Source: Terriglobia bacterium (GTDB lineage Bacteria; Acidobacteriota; Terriglobia; 20CM-2-55-15). Taken from it: 64,000 nt of DNA. The DNA is taken from positions 896,001 to 960,000 of the forward strand of contig CBDAOY010000007.1 of assembly GCA_965198225.1 (NCBI GenBank), in the 5' to 3' direction. Each line of letters opens with the position of its first letter. The stretch's first letter is position 1. The position numbers and the translations under genes are program-made. Under the pieces are notes generated by a model. The model had not been told where the DNA came from and ran no database searches. It saw only the letters and a list, made by a program, of their open reading frames with translations. Positions 9,021-18,389 of the stretch are shown in pieces.

Positions 9021-9815
9021 GGAATTGTCAACTTGGGCCCATAACTGCCAGACTGGTTCTATGAAATCGACTCGACCCCTCTATCACGGCCACCGTTACC
9101 CACGCGAAATCATCAGTCATGCAGTCTGGCTGTATCACAGATTCGGCATCAGCTTCCGAGATGTGGAAGATCGCCTCGCCGAACGAGGTGTAGTTGTGTC
9201 CTACGAGACAATCCGCCAATGGTGCGCGAAGTTCGGTCTCGAATATGTCAGGCGTCTCAAACGACAACAAGGTCGACTCGGAGATACATGGTTCCTGGAC
9301 GAAGTCTTCGTCACAATCAACGGTGAACGCCAATATCTTTGGCGCGCCGTGGATCAAGACGGTGACGTGATCGACATCCTCGTCCAGTCCCGACGCAATC
9401 GTCGTGCGGCGGAGCGCTTCTTTCGCAAACTCTTGAAGAATCAGGGAAAGGCGCCGTTCCGCCTCGTTACAGACAAGTTAAAGAGTTACGGCGCGGCGCT
9501 CCGGACGATCATGCCTTCGGTGAACCACGACACCGCACAATACGCGAACAATCGAGCAAAAGTCTCACACCAACCAACGCGACAGAGAGAACGACAAATG
9601 CGACGGTTCAAGTCTCCACGACAAGCCCAACTCTTCCTGTCGCTACATGGCATAGTTCTGAATCTTTTCCGATTGTCCAGGCACAGACTGAAGGCGGTTC
9701 ACCACCGTATGCTGCGAGCGCGTTCTTTTGCGACCTGGGAGGCGGTTACCGTGGGTTGATCGACCCGCGCCGATCCGGCACACGTTCGACCTTCGGACGG
9801 CAAGTTGACAGAACC
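9021..9815 (+). mobile_element. IS6 family insertion sequence
   Basis: Terminal IRs GGAATTGTCAACTTG / CAAGTTGACAGAACC flank a transposase. No TSD seen. Confidence 0.92.
9061..9759 (+). CDS. IS6 family DDE transposase
   Basis: YHGHRYPREII, WFLDEVFV, YLWRAVDQDG and VTDKLKSY motifs. NNRAKVSH has K where the catalytic E usually sits, so it may be inactive. Confidence 0.92.
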   Translation: MKSTRPLYHGHRYPREIISHAVWLYHRFGISFRDVEDRLAERGVVVSYETIRQWCAKFGLEYVRRLKRQQGRLGDTWFLDEVFVTINGERQYLWRAVDQDGDVIDILVQSRRNRRAAERFFRKLLKNQGKAPFRLVTDKLKSYGAALRTIMPSVNHDTAQYANNRAKVSHQPTRQRERQMRRFKSPRQAQLFLSLHGIVLNLFRLSRHRLKAVHHRMLRARSFATWEAVTVG

Positions 9816-9829
9816 CTTCGTGGCTATCG

Positions 9830-9900
9830 GTGTCGCGTATCGCCCGCGCAATCCGGAAACGACAGTCCTTCTACACGAAGTCGCCGACGGTTGGAAGACA
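9830..9900 (+). pseudogene. Possible N-terminal scrap of an IS91-like transposase
   Basis: YRPRNPETTVLLHEVAD resembles the Y-x-PR-x-PE-x-TVL start of IS91-like Zn-binding domains. Confidence 0.3.
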
Positions 9901-9941
9901 TCGCCCAGATCGGCGCGCTGGAATACGCTGACGGCAGGGCG

Positions 9942-12206
9942 TCAGTCGCGGTGCACGAAGACAAACTCGCCGCCCTCGTCGCCGGCCTGGTAGATCACGC
10001 CGTACTGTGGCGTGTTGGGGCTGTTGTTGATCACCGCCTGCCGGAAATCGGCGAACAGTGCGTCGGCGGTGATGTAGCGGCTCGAGTTGTCGGTTAGCCG
10101 GTCGGTCAGGTATTGCAGGAAAACGCTCTGGTCCGGAACCTGGGTGAGCGTGCCGCTGGTCATGGCCTTGCGGCTCGACAGCCGGGCCAGCTCGGTGATC
10201 GCCCGGTCCGCGCCCGCGAACGCCGTGCGCGTCTTGAAGATACCGCCGCTGAAGCAGGCGTCAGAGATCAGCAGCGTGTGCTTACTGTTGATGCCTTTGA
10301 TCAGGTCGCGGATGTCGCTGTTCGAGATCCATTGGGCGGGATTGTCCTGCGTGGCGTCGGCCGGCAGCCAGTAGCCCTGTCCGATCTGTTCGTTCCAGAT
10401 GCCGTGGCCGGCGAAGAAGACGATCACGCTGTCCTTGTCCGTGACCCTCAGGCCGAGCTGCTGAAGGCCACGGTAGATCTCGTCTTCGTCCGGATTCTCG
10501 AGCCGGGTGACGTTCTGGGCGTCGAAACGATAGCGCTGGACCAGTACGTTCTCGAGCCGCTGGGCGTCGGAGATGGGATGGTCCAGGTCGTTGACCGCGG
10601 GGTTCTCGTAGTCCTGCACAGCGATCAGGAGCGCGTGGTAGGTACCTTCGGGCAGCTCGGCCAGCGCGGACTCGTCGGCCGGCTTGAGCCCCCGGTCGCC
10701 ACCGGGAGTCGGGGCGTCGGGAGGCGGTGCGCCGCCGCTCTCGCGAACGACGATCAGACGCGCTTCTGCCCAGTTCTGGTGTCGCTGACGCGCACGCGGA
10801 TCTGGTTCTCGCCGAAGGCCAGGTTCACCTCCCGCCAGAATTCGCCGCGCGCCGAGACGTTGGCATCCTCGCCGTTGATCAGCACCTCGTAGATGCCGCT
10901 CTCGTCCCTGACCGCTCCGGCGACCACGACCCTCTTGGACGGCACGGTGATCCGATCGCCGCTTGAGCCTGGTCGGCTGAGCTCAATCTCCGGCGGCCTG
11001 ACGTCGTTGGTTCTCACGACCACCTCGTCTTCACTCGGCGACGGGATCTCGGGTCGTGTGGGACGCGGCTCGGCCTCCTCCGGGCTCACCGACGCGACCA
11101 GCGTCCGGAGATCGACCGCCTGGACCTTCGAGAAGATGACGTTGGCCCGGCTGGAGGCGGGATAGCGCGTGTAGCCGCGACCGGACTCGTGGAACCGGAA
11201 GACCATGTGGGCAGTGGATCCGCCGCGCGCCAGCTCGCGGTTGGGGATCGTGTACTCCCACACCGGATGCGGCTTCGCCGAAATGGCGGTGGCTTTGAAG
11301 CCGACCGCCAGTGAGGCGCCCGAGGAGAACCCTCCGCACCCGGTGGAAGAGCCCTCGGTAAGAAGGTACTGGGTACAGATGCTGGTGTAGGTGCCGTTCC
11401 TCCTACCGTAGCCGACATCGGTCCTCGCGGCGTCGATGATGCCGTTCTGGTTGACGTCGACCCGAATGCTGGCGAAGTCGAGCGCGGGGAACTGCCCGCG
11501 CAGGTTGTCGGAGGTATCGCCCACCGCCTCCAGCACGAAGGTGGTCTTGTCGCCCTCGTACTTGGCGATGACAACGTGGCGCTCGTTCTTCTCCAGTACC
11601 CGCTCGCTCGCCGTTGTCGGCGGCGTCAGCGAGGCGATGATGACCTTCGAGAAGATGACGTTGGCCCGGCTGGAGGCGGGATAGCGCGTGTAGCCGCGAC
11701 CGGACTCGTGGAACCGGAAGACCATGTGGGCAGTGGATCCGCCGCGCGCCAGCTCGCGGTTGGGGATCGTGTACTCCCACACCGGATGCGGCTTCGCCGA
11801 AATGGCGGTGGCTTTGAAGCCGACCGCCAGTGAGGCGCCCGAGGAGAACCCTCCGCACCCGGTGGAAGAGCCCTCGGTAAGAAGTACTGGGTACAGATGC
11901 TGGTGTAGGTGCCGTTCCTCCTACCGTAGCCGACATCGGTCGGCGTCGATGATGCCGTTCTGGTTGACGAACCCGAATGCTGGCGAAGTCGAGCGCGGGG
12001 AACTGCCCGCGCAGGTTGTCGGAGGTATCGCCCACCGCCTCCAGCACGAAGGTGGTCTTGTCGCCCTCGTACCTGGCGATGACAACGTGGCGCTCGTTCT
12101 TCTCCAGTACCCGCTCGCTCGCCGCCTGTACGCCGGGCGTTGCGAACAGAGCCAGGATCGCGGTCGCCAAGAGAAGCCGAGTCGCATTGGCGAGAGTCGA
12201 ACTCAT
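9942..12206 (-). pseudogene. Secreted caspase-family (peptidase C14) protein: signal peptide, two copies of an unknown ~160-aa domain, Ig-like domain, C14 domain; frameshifted in this sequence
   Basis: Track ORFs 11403-12209, 10754-11782 and 9942-10619 join across frameshifts. Catalytic motifs YHALLIAVQDY, FFAGHG and ISDACFSG are present. Confidence 0.8.
11123..12124. repeat. Near-identical tandem intragenic duplication (11123-11613 and 11643-12124)
   Basis: Two ~490-bp copies that differ mainly by small deletions in the 11643-12124 copy. Confidence 0.92.
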
Positions 12207-12263
12207 CAACAGGCGCGCCGCGCCTGCCTCGCAGGTTCGTATCGCCGGCCTTTCCCCTACATG

Positions 12264-12430
12264 CTAGTGCACCGCCGATGGCAAGGGCAAGGTAGCCGCC
12301 ATCGACGCCTTGCGCGAGGCGACCATGCCCTCCATCGGCACCAGGATCCGCCGGTGGGCGGCCGCCAACGCGTCCTCGGTCAGTCCGTCTTCTCCGGTCC
12401 GAGCAGCACCGCGGTCGGCTGAGTGGAGTT
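12264..12430 (-). pseudogene. Degraded C-terminal fragment of a SpoU/TrmH RNA methyltransferase
   Basis: EDGLTEDALAAAHRRILVPMEGMVASRKASMAA resembles SpoU E..GL...IPM.GMVESLNVSVAA. Confidence 0.5.
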
Positions 12431-12495
12431 CGACCGCCTCGTCGGACAGGTGCTGCCAGCAACGGCGGAACCGGATAATGGGCAGTCGAACCGTG

Positions 12496-13510
12496 CTACT
12501 CCCACACATCAAAATTCCCCGCCCAGATCGCATCGATGCGGCCTGTGCGCCAGCCCGCCACCTTGTCGCGTACCAGCGACGAGGGCAACTCCCGGTAGCG
12601 GCGGACGATCGCGGGCGCTTGGTTCTCGGATGCATTCAGCAGTTCGCGCGCGGTGCGAATCTGGTCTTTACGCCGTGGGCTCGGTGGTTCCGGCTGAGGA
12701 GCCACCACGACGCGCGCGCGCACACGGTCGAAACGCGATTCGTCGATCGGCGATTCCATGACGTGCAGGCCCGATTCACGGGAGAGGATGGCGTAGCTGC
12801 CGAAGCCGCCGAGCGAGAAGATTACGCCGTCGGGGCGCTCCCCTCCCCCGACTGGTAGCTCCGTCAACCGCATGCGGCGGCGCCTGGCCCACTGCCGGTA
12901 CATGTCCACGGTGTGTGCCAGGAACTCCCGGGCCTGGGGATGATCCATGTCCTCGCGCAGCAAGCGAACGCCGAGGAACGCCTGGGTGGGACGCTCGCTG
13001 TCCAGGTCCTCGATCCCCTCGTCCAACACGTAGAGCTTCTCCGCTATCCGCGCGGTGGGTGACGGGCTGTGACCGTTCTGCCGTCGGCGCTCCGCGAGGG
13101 AGTTGAGCGCTGCTGCTGCGGACTCGATACGATCCATGAGCTCGATCCGATGCAGCACCAGAAAACGGTCCTCCCGGTTCCAGAACCCGTCGCCGTTGAT
13201 CTCCTTAAGGCCCTCTTCCTTTGCTGCACGCCAGGGCTCGTCGTCCAAACGCATGACGATATCTTTCACCCGCGATGTGAGAAACGCCTGCTCGTTCGCC
13301 GCGCCGGTGGCGTGCAGCATTAGGTGCGTAACCGAGAGCGATGCCGCAGATGCCTCTGCACCCGCAATCTCCGGAGGCGGTTCCGCTTCGGCGTCGGGAT
13401 CGATGAACTCCACACGCAGGGTGTTCCCATCGCTGCGCACGAACAGGAACTGCTCACCCTCCGGCGCGCGGTTCTCGACGATCGTGATCGACAAAGGCGC
13501 AAGGAGGCAA
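12496..13510 (-). pseudogene. C-terminal part of a Clp-like AAA ATPase / PCRF (release-factor-like) fusion; ATPase half missing
   Basis: Begins at LLAPLSITIVE (end of a Clp D2-small-like domain). Then DMYRQWA, ILSRESGLHV, IVRRY and AGNFD, like RF2 PCRF, without GGQ. Confidence 0.65.
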
Positions 13511-14525
13511 CGAGAGCTGTGCTTGACGATCTGAAGCGTAGATCGAACACTTTTGAGCGGTGAGAATGCGCTAACAGTGGAAACAAGTGCGACTCCATTG
13601 CTTGTTGCCCGATGTACATTACTGGTGCTTTATCTTTCCGAAGACGAGAAGCAAGGGGTTATAGTATCCCACGCTTGGGCACATCCAGGTTGTTCCGGAC
13701 GTAGCGTTGGTCCAAAACGCTCAGGCCGTTCGTAGCCAGGGGCGATCTTCCATCCGTGACGTTGTTAAGGTGATCGGGACAAGCAACTTCAGTTTCCTTA
13801 GCCAAGACGGACACTGAGGGACTCAGTAGCGAGTTCAATCTCGCGTGCGGCAGTCGAGCCCTTCCAGAGCCGTTGCTCTCGCAGTACGCGCTTGGTCACT
13901 CGAGGGTTCACGGACCAAACTATAGCGGCTACCTGTGGGTCACGGCCGATAAGGTATTCGAGTTAGGAAGGGCGAGGTGACGTGAGCTCTCGGGCTTGCT
14001 GATTACTTGGCCAGTGGCATGAGGCGATCATTGACCATCAGACCTGAGAAGCCGTGCCGCCACGGCCAGCACGCCAAAGAATTGAGTTCGCGGGCCCGAC
14101 ATTTTTAACAGAGCAACTCCGAGTTGGTTGCGTATTCCGGCGAAATCCGCCAGTGATTCCGAAGTGAAAGCCGCCACGATTCCGGGCAAAGCATCCACCC
14201 GTCGGAGCGAAGCGACGCTGGGGAGGGTTATCATTTCCGAAGTGGATGGCTTCGGTCAAACAAGAACCGCGTTTGTGGTGTAATTTTCATCTAACAATTC
14301 CTCCTCGAATGTGAATGAATCGCCGGGCCTGTGTGTAAGTGTGAATGGGCTGCGGGTTGTGCGGCCCATTCAAGCCGGTGTGGGAATCCGCGCGTTGTGT
14401 AGCGGATTTCCATAGCTGCGGCACTTTCCACAGGCCGATGCCTCTGTGCTGTTCGCAAGGCAGAAAGTTCCGACCGCGGCGCGGCCTGGGGTCGGAATCT
14501 CTGCGGAGCGGTGGTCCACTGAAGG

Positions 14526-15296
14526 CTATCCCTCATTCGGATCAGGCTCCTTTCTAGCCCGGCTCGGGCCGTTTTTGGACTTTCGCATCGAAGCCCCATC
14601 CAGTTCGATGCGATGCGCATTGTGGACCAAGCGGTCGAGGATGCTATCGGCCAGTGTGGGATCCCCGATCTGATCGTGCCAGTCGGTGATGGGCAACTGA
14701 CTGGTGAGGATCGTGGATCGGGTGGCGTAACGGTCGTCGCAGATTTCCAGGAAGTCGCGGCGTTCGGTGTCGGCGAGCGGCGCGATGGCCCAATCATCGA
14801 CAAGGAGAACGTCGATTCGGGCAATGCGGTCCAGCAGTTTGACAAAGCTGCCGTCCGCACGGGCCACGGCTAGGTCGCGCAGCAATCGCGGCGCGCGGGT
14901 GTAGAGTGCGGTGAAGCCGTCGCGAACGGCTTTGTGGCCCAGCGCGCAGCCGAGAAAGCTTTTTCCGACGCCACAGGGTCCGGTGATGATCACGTTCTGA
15001 TGCTGGGTAACCCAGTCACAGGCGGCCAGGCTGCGGATCAACCCGCGGTCCAGGCGGCGCGGATGCCGGTAGTCGATGTCTTCGACGGCGGCGTTGATTT
15101 TAAACCGGGCGGTCTTCAAGCGACGGGCGAGCGCCCGGTTTGCCTTCCAATCCCATTGCCGATCCACCAGCAAGGCCAGACGTTGCTCGAAACTGAGCCG
15201 GAGGATTTCGGGGTCTTCCATCTGCTGGCCCACCGCCTCGGCCATGCCCGTGAGTCGCATCGCATGGAGTTTTTCCAGTGTGGGTTGCATTAGCAT
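14526..15296 (-). CDS. istB: IS21 helper ATPase
   Basis: MLMQPTLEKLHAMRL start, GPCGVGKS Walker A, LLVDDW Walker B, DRLVHNAHRI. Confidence 0.95.
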   Translation of the reverse strand: MLMQPTLEKLHAMRLTGMAEAVGQQMEDPEILRLSFEQRLALLVDRQWDWKANRALARRLKTARFKINAAVEDIDYRHPRRLDRGLIRSLAACDWVTQHQNVIITGPCGVGKSFLGCALGHKAVRDGFTALYTRAPRLLRDLAVARADGSFVKLLDRIARIDVLLVDDWAIAPLADTERRDFLEICDDRYATRSTILTSQLPITDWHDQIGDPTLADSILDRLVHNAHRIELDGASMRKSKNGPSRARKEPDPNEG

Positions 15297-16852
15297 GACG
15301 GTCCCTCCGGAGTCTTGAAGTAATCGGTTCCACGGATATTGGGGTGTTGAATGGGCGGCCGGACCGGACCGGGTTCCGGCTCGGCCTGCCGATCCAGACC
15401 GGTGCCGAGGATCGACCGGACGCTTTGATAGGAGCAGGCATCGAGTCGGCAGGCGCGGGCCGCGGCGGCTTCCAGCCGATCCGGCCCATAGCTTTGACCC
15501 AGACGAAGGATGCCCAAACAGCTGCGGAAGCCTTGTTCGGGATGGCGGCGCGATTGAAGCACGCGCGCCACCAGTTGGGAGGTGAACGGACCGGTGCTCG
15601 ATGCCCAGCGGATGAGCCGTTCCGGTGTCCATTCCAGGTAGCGTTGATGCGCGGCGGGCCGATGCGCATCGACGGTGGTGTGCGCCCCCGCCTTCGAGCT
15701 GCGCGGGTGACTGGCTACACGCTGGCCCCGATGAAAGATCTCCACGGTCAGGGCCGTGTAGCGCACGTCCAACTGCTGATGCACCAGGGCGTAGGGAGCG
15801 CTGTAATAGTGGCCCTCGACCTCGATGTGGTAATCGATGTGGACGCGCGCTTTCTTCCATTCGGCGAACGCGTAGCGGTCGGCTGGCAAGCGGCCCAGCG
15901 CCGGCCGGTCGAGCGTCTCGAACCGGGTGCGGCGGCTGCCCTCGAGCTTGCGAAATCTGCGGGCATTGAGCCGGTCCAACAGTTCCGCGATCGCGGCGTT
16001 CAGATCGGCCAGGTTGAAGAACGTGCGTTTGCGCAGGACGGCCAGGATCCACCGTTCCACCAAAAGCACACCCGCCTCGGCCTTCGCCTTGTCCCGGGGT
16101 TTGCGCACGCGCGCCGGAATGACAGCGACGCCGTAATGAGCCGCCATCTCCTGATAGGTCGGATTCAGGTCCGGTTCGTACCGGCAGGGACGGCTGACCG
16201 CGCTCTTCAAGTTGTCGGGGACAACGATCTCGGGCACGCCCCCAAAAAACTCCAATGCACGGATGTGAGAGCCAATCCAACAGGGCAGCTTCTGGCTCCA
16301 GGTCGCTTCGGCGAACGTGTAATTGCTGGCGCCCAGGACCGCAACGAAGATGGACGCGTCCTGAATGGCTCCCGTCTTCGAATCGACGATCGGGACGGTG
16401 TCTCCCGCATAGTCGACGAACAGTTTTTCTCCGGCGCGGTGTTCTTGCCGCAGAACCCGATCGAGCTTCCGGGCCCATTGCCGGTAGAGTTCACAGAACC
16501 GACTGTAGGAATAACCGTCCGGGTTCGACTGCCGGTACTCCTGCCAGAGCAACTGCAACGTGACATGCTTGTCGCCCCGGAACTCTTCGTGGATCGTCGC
16601 CCAATTCGGCGCCGGGCGGTCCGGAGTCAGCGTCACCCGCGGTGGGAACAGCTGCGTCTCCAATCCCGATTCATCCAGTCCTTCGGGCAACGGCCATCCG
16701 AGCCCCGCCACCTCGGCCCGGCGGACATAATCGGCGACTGTGCTGTGGTTGATCGAACAACTGCGGGCGATCTGGCGGTGACCTAACCCCAGCCCGAACT
16801 TGAGTCGTAGAACTTCTTTGATCTTTCGCATGGACAATCTCTCTGCAGGCAC
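15290..16852 (-). CDS. istA: IS21 transposase
   Basis: MRKIKEVLRL HTH, FVDYAG, VPDNLKS and PRDKAKAE. Confidence 0.95.
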   Translation of the reverse strand: MPAERLSMRKIKEVLRLKFGLGLGHRQIARSCSINHSTVADYVRRAEVAGLGWPLPEGLDESGLETQLFPPRVTLTPDRPAPNWATIHEEFRGDKHVTLQLLWQEYRQSNPDGYSYSRFCELYRQWARKLDRVLRQEHRAGEKLFVDYAGDTVPIVDSKTGAIQDASIFVAVLGASNYTFAEATWSQKLPCWIGSHIRALEFFGGVPEIVVPDNLKSAVSRPCRYEPDLNPTYQEMAAHYGVAVIPARVRKPRDKAKAEAGVLLVERWILAVLRKRTFFNLADLNAAIAELLDRLNARRFRKLEGSRRTRFETLDRPALGRLPADRYAFAEWKKARVHIDYHIEVEGHYYSAPYALVHQQLDVRYTALTVEIFHRGQRVASHPRSSKAGAHTTVDAHRPAAHQRYLEWTPERLIRWASSTGPFTSQLVARVLQSRRHPEQGFRSCLGILRLGQSYGPDRLEAAAARACRLDACSYQSVRSILGTGLDRQAEPEPGPVRPPIQHPNIRGTDYFKTPEGPSC

Positions 16853-17143
16853 GTGTTCTCCCTCCTTGACTAAAAGGGAAAACAGTACCCGCGGGTTGTC
16901 CAGCGTCGCTATCGGCCTCTTCGATTCCGGAGCATCTCATCCACCATTCCGACCGGCACCCCAAAACTGGATGGCTTCGGGTCGGAATCCCTGGATGCTT
17001 TCCCTCGGAATCGCTGGATGACTTCGATCGGAATCAGTGGGGGCTTTCGATCGGAATCCCTGGATGACTTGCTCTGGAATACGCAGTTGGCCGCGAACCT
17101 CCGCGTACTGTAGTTGAACCGCGAAGGACCTTGTCTGAATTCC

Positions 17144-17245
17144 CCGCGCGACAGCCTGCGGCCGCGCGCGGGTCGACATAACGCCCATACGACGACAATT
17201 CAGCCCTACCATAGTCGTCAGACCCTGCTTGTGCCGCTTATCCGC
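17144..17245 (-). repeat. Dispersed junction element, copy 3 (inverted, more diverged)
   Basis: Reverse complement reads GCGGATAAGCGGCACAAGCAGGGTCTGACGACTATGGTAGGGCTGAATTGTCGTCG...GGCTGTCGCGCGG. Confidence 0.93.
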
Positions 17246-17247
17246 AG

Positions 17248-17378
17248 GTGAGCGCCCTGGACATCGTGACGTGGGCCGGAGCATGTGCCACTCTTCTCGC
17301 CGCCTCTATCGCGGCGGGATACTTACCTGGGAACGCGCTGCTCGGACCGACCCGAAGGCGGCACTCAGAGCCGAGTAG
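17248..17378 (+). pseudogene. C-terminal scrap of an ABC/FtsX-like (ADOP-type) permease
   Basis: VSALDIVTWAGACATLLAASIAAGYLPG/RAARTDPKAALRAE* across one frameshift. Confidence 0.7.
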
Positions 17379-17621
17379 CCCCGGCCCTAGCGCCAACGTG
17401 CAGGTCCGTCAGGCGATAGGTCCTGCCTTGTCGCCTCGCGTTTAGGGATGGTCAAGCAGTGCACGGCTATTTGGCCAAGTGAGTTTAGTTGCTCCGTAAC
17501 ATTGACCCGGGTTCCCAAGCTGACGACGAAGCCTTCAGGCGTTCGCAAATCCTGTGGCTCTCACGGAGGACTTGCTGTTTGTGTTGCGGTAACGCACTCG
17601 GGACACTGGGCCGGGCGGGTT

Positions 17622-17783
17622 TCAGCCCGTCCTCTGCTCGAAGGCCCTCATGAATTCGACCAGCGTGTCGACGCCTTCTTCGGGTAGCGCGTTGTAGATC
17701 GAAGCACGCATTCCTCCGACCGAGCGGTGACCTTGAGGCCGTCGAGGTCGAGGCCCTCCGCGCTCCCTTGCTGCACGAACATG
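17622..17783 (-). pseudogene. serC: C-terminal scrap of phosphoserine aminotransferase
   Basis: [40 protein letters not shown] is the SerC C-terminal signature. Confidence 0.85.
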
Positions 17784-17784
17784 A

Positions 17785-17867
17785 GCGGATAAGCGGAATA
17801 AGCAGGGTCTGACGACTATGGTAGCACTGAGATTGTCGTCGTATGGGTGTTATGTCAACCCGCGCGG
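17785..17867 (+). repeat. Dispersed junction element, copy 4 (83 bp; 20-bp deletion in the terminal hairpin)
   Basis: Identical to copy 2 up to AACCCGCGCG. The deletion lies between two CGCGCG copies. Confidence 0.93.
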
Positions 17868-17963
17868 GGATTCAAGGCAGGATGTTCCGGGCAGGCGGCA
17901 GATTCAAGGCAGTTTTCCGTCTTGCGGAGACACACCCGTCCCGCGGCGTCGTGACGTCGACGT

Positions 17964-18274
17964 TCAGAAGGCGTCCATCTGGCAGTTGTAGTCGGAAGAG
18001 GCCGGCGCCAGAGGCGGGGCGCGGGAAGGCAGGCCCAGGCACTCCAGGATTCTTACTGTGACCGTGGGCGGACGAATTGCTGCAAGGATTTTCATCCTTC
18101 CGCCGCAATGTTCACACTGAAGAACGTCCACCAGGAAGACACGTTTCATCAACTCCGCCCAGGTGTAATTGCGATTGCGCGCAGATGATTCCGCGCAGGG
18201 CTCAGCCGCAACAGTCAGCTCGGCTGATTGTTGGGCAGTAGGCTGCGGTTTCACCTCGGTCTCCCTGCGATTGT
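17964..18274 (-). pseudogene. C-terminal fragment of an IS91-like transposase, cut by IS21 no. 2
   Basis: WAELMKRVFLVDVLQCEHCGGRMKILAAI...ILECLGLP motif. Confidence 0.75.
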
Positions 18275-18389
18275 TATCCTCGGCGGTCACCCAAAACCGG
18301 CCAATGGTGGTCACCTGAAAACCGGCCAACGAACATAGATAAGCCCGGGACATTGACACCGACGGGAAGCCGAAACAGGCTCCGTCGGC

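Larger units (their letters stand above)
14129..17085 (-). mobile_element. IS21 family element no. 1
   Basis: TGCGTATTCC...GGAATACGCA terminal IRs, multiple internal GGAATC repeats at both ends, flanks GTTGGT/GTTGGC (TSD-like), and istA+istB. Confidence 0.93.

Noticed and set aside
11123-12124. Near-identical repeat pair as a DGR template/variable region
   Set aside because: Differences are mostly indels rather than adenine-specific substitutions, and no reverse transcriptase is present in the window.
13511-14128. Lower-GC stretch with no convincing ORF
   Set aside because: No recognisable motif, repeat or structure. Probably degraded foreign DNA, so left unannotated.
14526-16478. 650-aa track ORF as an IstA-IstB fusion
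   Set aside because: Its N-terminal part is an alternative frame over istA. IstB starts at 15296.
16960-17085. Regularly spaced GGAATC...GGATG repeats resembling a mini-CRISPR
   Set aside because: They are the reiterated transposase-binding sites at the IS21 end. There are no unique spacers and no cas genes.
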